Shown here: positions 54,654 to 64,000 of the stretch, piece after piece
How positions within the stretch are numbered: position 1 is the first letter of the stretch
How the letters are laid out: each line of letters begins with the position of its first letter
NCBI GenBank assembly: GCA_951406725.2
Contig: OX597835.1
Coordinates: forward strand, 29,822,001-29,886,000
Origin: Octopus vulgaris
Taxonomy: Eukaryota
DNA: 64,000 nucleotides
Reading direction: 5' to 3'
Notes under the pieces: model-generated
Databases searched by the model: none
Told to the model about the DNA's origin: nothing
Seen by the model: only the letters and a program-made list of their open reading frames with translations
Made by a program: the position numbers and the translations under genes

Positions 54654-55477
54654 AGTGCTATATTCTGGGTTCTCCACCCGTTCCAGTGATCCCCCCCCAT
54701 CTCATGCATTATACCGACCTCTCCCTTAGCGACTGTATCACGTTTACTACTCCTACTACTCTTTCCCACATACTTCTGCATCCGTCTGTCTTCATTGTCT
54801 CGTGGTTCTTGTCTCATCCTCCCTTCAACCCAGGGACATTTTGGCAGTCAGCTTCTCCATCCCTTATTCAACTTCCCCTCCAGTCTTGCAAATCACACAC
54901 CCACATCTACTCGACTTGTGCCTTGTGGAGCCACTTGGGTACCTTACCTTGAGTATCTTATCTTGAGTACCTTATCTTGGGTACCTTATCTATCTCGCAG
55001 CTGCTAGTGATCCTTTTCTCTGTCTCTCCCCAACCTTTACCCCTACTAGATGTAAGTAACCGAGCAGGTCCCTTTGCAGGAATCGGCTCTGCTTCCTTCT
55101 CTCATAGCAATCCTCTCATCCTCATGCACGAAGCTGACCCCCTCCCATCAATACACACAACTACCCCCAGGGCTCGTAGTCCTGTGAACTGTAGGGCGGC
55201 ATCAATAATGTAGGTTGGTACAGAAAACATCCCAGTTCACGCTGAGAAGTGGTATGGCACCCAACCATAGAAACTACACCAAAGCAGACCTCGGAGCTCG
55301 ATGTAGTCCTTGGAAGCATATGATCCTGTCAAACTGTTCAACTTATGCCAGCATTGAACAAGGGCGCTAAATGCTGACAATGATGATGACGATAATGATG
55401 ATCATGAGGGTGATGACGACGGCGACACAAAACAACAAGAATAATATATATATATATGCACGTTATATATATGTATG

Positions 55478-55543
<66 letters not shown>

Positions 55544-56176
55544 TGTGTGTGTGTGTGCATGTGTGTAAATATGTGCGCACACATCTATATGGGTATGCAT
55601 GCATATATATTTATATACATTTATATTTATATGCATACATCTAACCATCCATCCATCCATCTATCTATCTATCTAATTGTATATATATATCTATATCACC
55701 ATTTCATTTCCGTTGATATGTGTGCATGAATATATAATATATCTGTGTGTATGTGTGTGTGTTTGAGTGTGTGCGTGTGTGACTGTGTGCGCGCGTGTGT
55801 GTGTGTGTGTGTGTACGTACGTATGTACATGTATGTATGTATGTATGCATGTATGTATACATGTATATATGTATATATATATATATGTGTGTGTATGTAT
55901 GTAGGCAGGTACGTAAGCACTCATATGTGTAACTATCACCATTTCACTTGCGTTTCACTTGCCATATTCCGAAGAGAAATTTCTGAAAGAAAGTCAATCA
56001 AGCATTTTTGTAAAGAAAAATACGAAACTAAATTATGTAGCTTTTGACGTACCGCTTCACACAATGAATAGATTTCATTAACGGCACACGGTCATCTGCA
56101 TTGCCAAAAGCAGAGAGTTATACGGGCTTCCCCGAGGCTAAAGAACGAAACACATGACACCAATATAGACATATAA

Positions 56177-56232
<56 letters not shown>

Positions 56233-56364
56233 GTGTGTGTGTAGCTCAGTTTATATATGTATGTATGTATGCCTGCAATTGCTTGCTCTGTATTGTCGTG
56301 TTACCAAAACCACGTTATTTACTTTTATCTGCAATGATGAAATAATAAGAACAGATGCGTGTCT

Positions 56365-56401
<37 letters not shown>

Positions 56402-56711
56402 GCGGTGAGGGTGAGGAGATAGCGGTGGAATTTTCTAGCAACCGGTTTAATAAAGCGGAAAATTGTGGTTATTTTCTGTCGAGTTATATATTCGCGGATT
56501 CTTTTCTATCAATCAAACGCATGTATGTGTTACATATGTATATAGATACATTCACCCATCCCCTACTCACGCGCACACTATCCCCCTCTCTCTCTCCCTT
56601 TCCCTCCCTGTTTCTCATTCTCACACATACACATATAGCTGTGTATATATATATATATATACATACGCGCATGCACACTCGAATGTTCTCACATATACAC
56701 AGATGCATGTC

Positions 56712-56774
<63 letters not shown>

Positions 56775-57362
56775 ACATTTCGATGTAAATGTATGTGCAT
56801 ATATATTTGTGCGTATCTCTACGTATGTATGTATGTATGTATGTATGTATATATGTATGTATGTATGTGCGCGTACATATGTATATCAACAAACATGTTT
56901 ATATGTATGGATATGTCTATGTGTGTACATATATGCGTATATGTATATAAATATATCTATGTGTGTTTATGGATATATATATATATATATATATAAATGT
57001 TTGTATATAGGAATATGTGTGTATATATATACACGCATGCATACATATAAACGTCTTTTATTCATAACCCTTAGAAGTCATAGAGTGACAAAAAGGTCGA
57101 AAAGTTCAAGTGTTGGTAGTTTGATACAGGCTAAGTAACGAAATTCTCCGCCCTTGAGTCACTTTCTATCTTCTGCCGAAGAAGCCATGTATTTATTCAT
57201 GTTTTAAGCTTTATTTTCCCATCTGCATTATCAAAAATATACTGTATATATATATATATATAGAACGGGATAGTTTTACGAAAATAAACAAAAGACGAAG
57301 GCAGGTGGAGTACAAACAAACAAATGTATTAGTATAGCGCTCAGGAATAGAAATAGAAAAAG

Positions 57363-57400
57363 TCTTTTACGTTTCGAGCCTACGCTCTTCGACAGAAAGA
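57363..57400 (-). ncRNA. minimal hammerhead-like motif, A6U variant, copy 2
   Basis: TCTTT CTGTCGA A GAGC gtag GCTC GAAAC GTA AAAGA, within a repeat at about 57262-57463 flanked by (TA)n. Confidence 0.62.
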
Positions 57401-57464
57401 TACACAGAAAAAAACAAGGAGAGAAAAATGCGTGTAGGAGCTAACGATCTATCATGGCGTCCTG

Positions 57465-57513
<49 letters not shown>

Positions 57514-57563
57514 TATAAAATAAATATAAGAGAGTGGTCACTATATGGCTCACTCTAGCACCA

Positions 57564-57729
57564 GTTAATCCAAAAGGTTTCAACCACGAAAATACATGTT
57601 TCCCATGAAAGTCAGTACGATTGTTAGCTCACACGGACAGGGCAAATAAAAATAACAAAAATACAGGTTAATCCAAAAGGTTTCAACCACGAAAATACAT
57701 GTTTCCCATGAAAGTCAGTACGATTGTTA
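57564..57729. repeat. exact 63-bp direct repeat
   Basis: 57564-57626 equals 57667-57729; lies inside a (TA)n-flanked insert. Confidence 0.9.
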
Positions 57730-57874
57730 ATCTGGCGTGTGATTGAGATATACTATTAAATTAGTATCTAATTCTCTCACCCTTATTAATTAATTATATA
57801 TATATATATATATACATACATACATACATATATACATACATATATATATACATACATAAATATACATACATACA

Positions 57875-57918
<44 letters not shown>

Positions 57919-58677
57919 CATAAATATATACATAGAACCCCTGAGGGTCTATATAGAACCCCTGGGGGGCTATATAACATTTGGTTCTTAAAGTGCATAT
58001 TTAAATTTATTGGTTAAATTTCTATAAAGCACAAACATTTTTACAATTTTGTTTTAAATAATTTCTTTAAATATCTAATTATAAAAATACAATAGGGCTG
58101 TTTTTAAACTTCGAATAGGTATGAAGGTCCAGTAAAGTAAAATAATCATCAAAGGGGTTCACAGGCATAAGAAATTTGAGCACCTCTGCCCCGGGGTTTC
58201 CCGCTTGGAAAGCACTGTTCGAAACTGAACACTCGTTGTGTATGCAGTGTACACAAGAAATTAAACGTATACACAAAAGGTTAGTGGCATGAAATAATGA
58301 CTGTAGTAATTAATTATTCTTAAATTATATATTGGGACACATAATGTGTCTGTATTTCTGTATGCGTTTATTAGCAGCAGGATTTCGTCCAGGGAATCTC
58401 CCATTTAGACGTCGAGTTCTAAAAAAGCACTTTTGCCTGAATTTAAGTTATTTAGTGTCTTTTTAATACTCAAATTTTCGCACGAGGCCAGAATAATAAT
58501 GATAACAACAAAAGCATCAATAATAATAATAATAATAATGATGATAATGATGATGATAATAATCTTACTAAAGGCACAAGACCTAGGGGAGTAGTCAGTT
58601 ACATTGACCTAAGGATGAGAGGTAAAGTCAACCTCGGCAAAATGATGATGATGATGATAGTAATAATAATAATAATG

Positions 58678-58710
<33 letters not shown>

Positions 58711-58713
<3 letters not shown>

Positions 58714-59267
58714 GCCCTGATGCAGTACCAGGCAGTGGCTCTCATGGCTTCTGATCTTAACTGATTGGAAGTGTTATCATGTACATTGTTTTGTCTTGGT
58801 ATAAAAGATGGGCTACAGCAAATATTCTGCTCAATACCACAGATTTGCTTGTCAGTTGTTTGACCTTAACCAGTTGAGCATGTCCCTTAGTGGCTGACGA
58901 TATGTGCATCTCTGATCACGAGCAGAAGTAGTGGGGGAGCATCATAGCCATGTGTTGAGAAGGATTCTTTGGGGTTTGAATAATTCACCTCTGGAAACAT
59001 GGGTGTTTCGTTCAACGTCCTTAAACAACCCTTATTCAGGGACCTTTTGAGCGGGATGGGTTACTCGATCTGAAGAAAATTCTAACTGGGCTCCACCTGC
59101 AAGGTCATGTGCTGTTTATCTTGATATGAGATCACCATGTCGCGCACATATGGTTGTGATGCATGTGCCTGGTGTGCCCTTATCAGACGGGTAGTCATGA
59201 TGGGTATACTGGGCTTCGTATATTTTACCCCAGTGTCACTTTGATGGCATGCTCTGCTCGCTCACTC
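58711..59267. mobile_element. unclassified 557-bp insert within (AAT)n
   Basis: Sharp boundaries with (AAT)n on both sides, balanced GC content, no convincing ORF. Confidence 0.5.
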
Positions 59268-59304
<37 letters not shown>

Positions 59305-59364
59305 TTAATAATAATAATGATAATAATAATAATAATGATGATGATGATGATGATGATGATGATA

Positions 59365-59454
<90 letters not shown>

Positions 59455-59469
59455 ATAATAATAATAATG

Positions 59470-59506
<37 letters not shown>

Positions 59507-59514
59507 TAATAATC

Positions 59515-59883
<369 letters not shown>

Positions 59884-59902
59884 TGTAATAATAATAATAA
59901 TA

Positions 59903-60450
59903 ACTAAAGTCATTGAAGATAAAAATGTCACTATTCTCTGGGATTTTCCAGTCAACACCGTCATGACGATCCAGGCTAATCGACCAGACATAATTATTAA
60001 AGACAGGGAAGAAAATATTTGTCGACTAATAGATGAGAGTTTTGCTACTGATAAAAATATATCTGTAAAGGAATTTGTCAAATTATGTAAATATAAGGAC
60101 CTAGAAATAGAGATACAAAAGCTATGGTATCTTAAAGCAAGAACTGTTCCTGTTATTGTAGGTACCCTAAGTATGATAAAAAAAGGATGTCAGGAATATC
60201 TAGACAACATCCCAGGAGAACCATATCTCAGAGAAATCCATAAGACTGCGCTGATTAGTACTTTCCAGAATTTTAGAAAAATTCAATCAGTTTAAATGTC
60301 TGTGATGTGTTACATGAAGATATTTCGCAGCTGCCTCTGCCACTGCCCCTCACCAAGCTTTCAGTAATACTGTAACATACATCTCTTGTCCTTCATTCAT
60401 TCTAGGACGCTGGGTGTGTCTCGGCAAGTGATTTTAACAGACATGCAGAT
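59903..60450 (+). pseudogene. R4/Dong-like non-LTR element 3' end (restriction-like endonuclease)
   Basis: ILWDFPV..TIQANRPDIIIKD....CRLID...K..KYKDL..EIQKLW....VPVIVGTL is a PD-(D/E)xK RLE signature; 5' end fused to (TAA)n. Confidence 0.85.
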
Positions 60451-60483
60451 CAAAAGTAGATAACGATGATGATAATAATGTTT

Positions 60484-60568
<85 letters not shown>

Positions 60569-61190
60569 TAATAATAATGATAATAATAATAATAATAATA
60601 ATGATAAAAATATAAATCATGTTGATAATAACCACAACTGTAGTAACATCCCCCTCCTCCTCCTCCTCCTCCTCATCATCATCATCATCATCATCATCAA
60701 CACCAACAACAATAACAACGACAACAACAACATTGATAACAATGGCAGCACCAGTTACAAAATTATCGACAAAGGTAACAACAGCAATAGCAACAACAAC
60801 AACAACAACAAAAACAGCAGCAGCGGCACCAGCAGCAGCAGCATCAACGAGAACCACAACAACAACAAAAGCAATAATGATAAAAAGTAACAACAACAAA
60901 TATAAGTACTTACACAACAACCACAACAAAGCTTTGCAGTTTGTTTCACTTTCCACCCAAATAATCTTACTTAATTGGTTTTACGGTGTGAAGATTGCTG
61001 GTAAGAGGAGACAATTGCGGAAGCAAGACGAGATATATTGTTTGGACTACAAAGGGAGAGAGACACCCCATTCACTTCTTTCTCTACATAAAGCCTCTCT
61101 CTCTCTTTCTGTCTCTCTTTCTTTCTGCCTCTGTCTCTCTTTCTCTCTCTGTATAAGGAACGTGCATATATATTTATATATACATATGTG

Positions 61191-61225
<35 letters not shown>

Positions 61226-61535
61226 GACGCGCACAAGCACATGCATGCACACATATACATAATACGTACATACATATTTACATACATACATTTATACATA
61301 TATATATATACATACATATATACATATATATATGTATATATATATATACATACCTATATACATACACATATATATATATACATATATATATATACACATA
61401 TATATCCATATATATATACATATATACAACAAGTATAATTATATATGTATACATATATATATATAATGTGTGCATGTTTAGGCATCGATGTCTGTCTGTC
61501 TGTCTACCTTTCCCTCTCTCCCTCTCTCTTTCTTT

Positions 61536-61570
<35 letters not shown>

Positions 61571-62018
61571 CATATATGTATGTATACATACTCACACGCA
61601 CACACATATGCATAAATATATCTATGTACATGTAAATATGTATATACATATATATACACATATATATATATATGTACACACATATATGCACGCACAGATA
61701 TATATATATTATATATATACATGAATAAAAGCTTGCATACTCACACCACATGTATGTCAAAATATAATGGCGTTCCTTATGTTTTCAGAATTAATATGTT
61801 TGTAAAAATGTGTATTAATCTTTCATTCTATTTCCCTTTATACATTTCTATCTTTCGCTCATTGTTCGCCCTACTTTCTACGTGTATGTATGTGTGTTTG
61901 TGTGTGAGTGTGTGTATGTGTGTGAACACATGCACATAAATTTATATATACACAAAAGAACTTGTAAGCATATATATATAATCTATATATTGTCTATGTG
62001 TGTGTATGTATGTATATG

Positions 62019-62074
<56 letters not shown>

Positions 62075-62097
62075 ATGTATACATGTACACACAAGTG

Positions 62098-62170
<73 letters not shown>

Positions 62171-62574
62171 GTGGTTTATGATGGTATTGGTGTTGTTGAT
62201 TGCTCTAATGGAGATGGTGATGAACTAGGTGATGGAGGCGTTAGTGGGGGCACAGTTTTTGGTGATGATGATGACGACGATTGTATTATTCCTAATGGTG
62301 ATGGTGGTGCTGGTGGTGGTGACGATGGTAGCAATAATAATCGAGTTAATGTTGATGTCGGTGGCTGGAGGTAAGCGTTGCTGTCTATGGTAGGGATGAC
62401 GATGATGATGATGATGATGATGGATGGCGATGATGATGATGGTGATGACGACAACGACAACGACGATGATGATGATGAAGATGGCGATGAAGATAAGGAT
62501 GGTGTTGTTGGCTGAGAAAATGATGATGATTGTGATGACAATGATGATAATGACATTGTCGACGATGACGATGT

Positions 62575-62626
<52 letters not shown>

Positions 62627-62862
62627 ACTAAACTGTGCTTTATATTCTCTATCCGGACAATAACTCTATAGATGTTCAGATTATTAATGAAATATTAAGT
62701 GCCCGGATGTAATTACCAGTTAGATTGGGGTTAGAACCACGAACAATAAGCACTGATTCTCCATACAGTACCCCACCATTACCCCCACACTTAACACCTC
62801 TACACATCCCTCATCAATATCTTCTTTTCATTCATTCTTAATCTCTTCTTTATTCATTGTCT

Positions 62863-62929
<67 letters not shown>

Positions 62930-64000
62930 GTTGTTTTCAAAGTTTCATAAACTCTCCTCCTCATCATCAGCATCGTAATTTTCATCATCGACTCTGTCAT
63001 CATCCTTCTCATCGTCATTATCGTCGTCGTCATCATTGCCCTCCTACTCCTACTCCTCTTCGCCATCATCATCATTGCCATCGTTATTAGCATTAGTATC
63101 ATCTCCAATGCCACCCCCTATCCACCATCACAACCACCACCACAACCACCATCATCACAGCTACCTCCATCGTCGTCATAACCACCACCACCACCACCAC
63201 CACCACCACCATTACTACCGTCATCATTCCTACCATCTTCGCCGTTGTCATTGTCATCATGCTGATCATCATCATCATCCCCCTAATGATCATTTATGAA
63301 AACTCACCACCACCACCACCACCACCACCACCACCACCACCACCATCGCCTCTGGTTTCTTCTCACAGTTTCTATCTCCGTGTTTCAATATATTCGATAT
63401 TTCTCTGTCCAAGTCTGCGTATCTGGATCCATTTCGTCAATGTCCGTTACTGAGTTACTATTATACGTTGACCAAGCGGTATCAAAAATAGTACGGGACA
63501 TATCGTATACATTATAGCGATATCAGGCCACATCAGATCTACATCCTATACTCTATATATTTGTATATGTCGTACAATCTCACAATTTTCCTTCGCCATC
63601 ATCGTTTATTTAACGTTTTTACTTTGTGAGTGAGCCTATTAATTCTCAATATGACGTTCTTGTATAGCCCTAACCCAGCTCTGAGTGAAGAGAATCAAGA
63701 TAAATGACCATCCTGCCTTTTGATGTATCTAGTAATAATTTGTCTAAAAGTGTTTTTCATTATGTTTTACAGTAATAGACTGTTATTTCTGAGCTATTTC
63801 GCCGCCATATGTAACCGCTCGAGAGACTTCGATTAAGCTTCTTCGTTAGTCCAACTCCAGCTCGTTTCAAAAATTGGCGCGTATCAGTATTTGGGGGACG
63901 TCGTCAAAATTACCGTGAAAAATTACCAAGTCAAAATTACCGTGAACTTTGCAGTTTCCATTTTCCGACATTGAAATTGTAGCGTGTACACGACGCATAC

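Noticed and set aside
59120-59267. HDV-like ribozyme at the end of the (AAT)n insert
   Set aside because: Could not build P1 and P3 pairings by hand
60619-61635. 338-aa ORF
   Set aside because: Concatenated triplet and dinucleotide microsatellites

Overview
This is eukaryotic, AT-rich, microsatellite-saturated DNA with no recognisable intact host gene; nearly all ORF-track entries are translations of simple repeats. The SINE and microsatellite make-up resembles a coleoid cephalopod (Octopus-like) intron or intergenic region; this is an inference from recognising the repeats, not from a search. The window holds many copies of three tRNA-derived SINE families, mariner/Tc1 MITEs and transposase relics, a non-autonomous Helitron, a MITE pair with telomere-like repeats, CR1, RTE and R4/Dong LINE relics, a 15-bp satellite, and a 5'-inverted Penelope-like element (GIY-YIG). 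The most striking signal is a dense set of type I hammerhead ribozyme motifs: 7 well-formed copies from 5 different sequence families, plus several decayed ones. They sit in short inserts inside (TA)n tracts or at the Penelope 3' end. Several carry unusual catalytic-core substitutions (A6U in two independent copies, U4C, and U3-A8 with G9) while all three helices stay intact.
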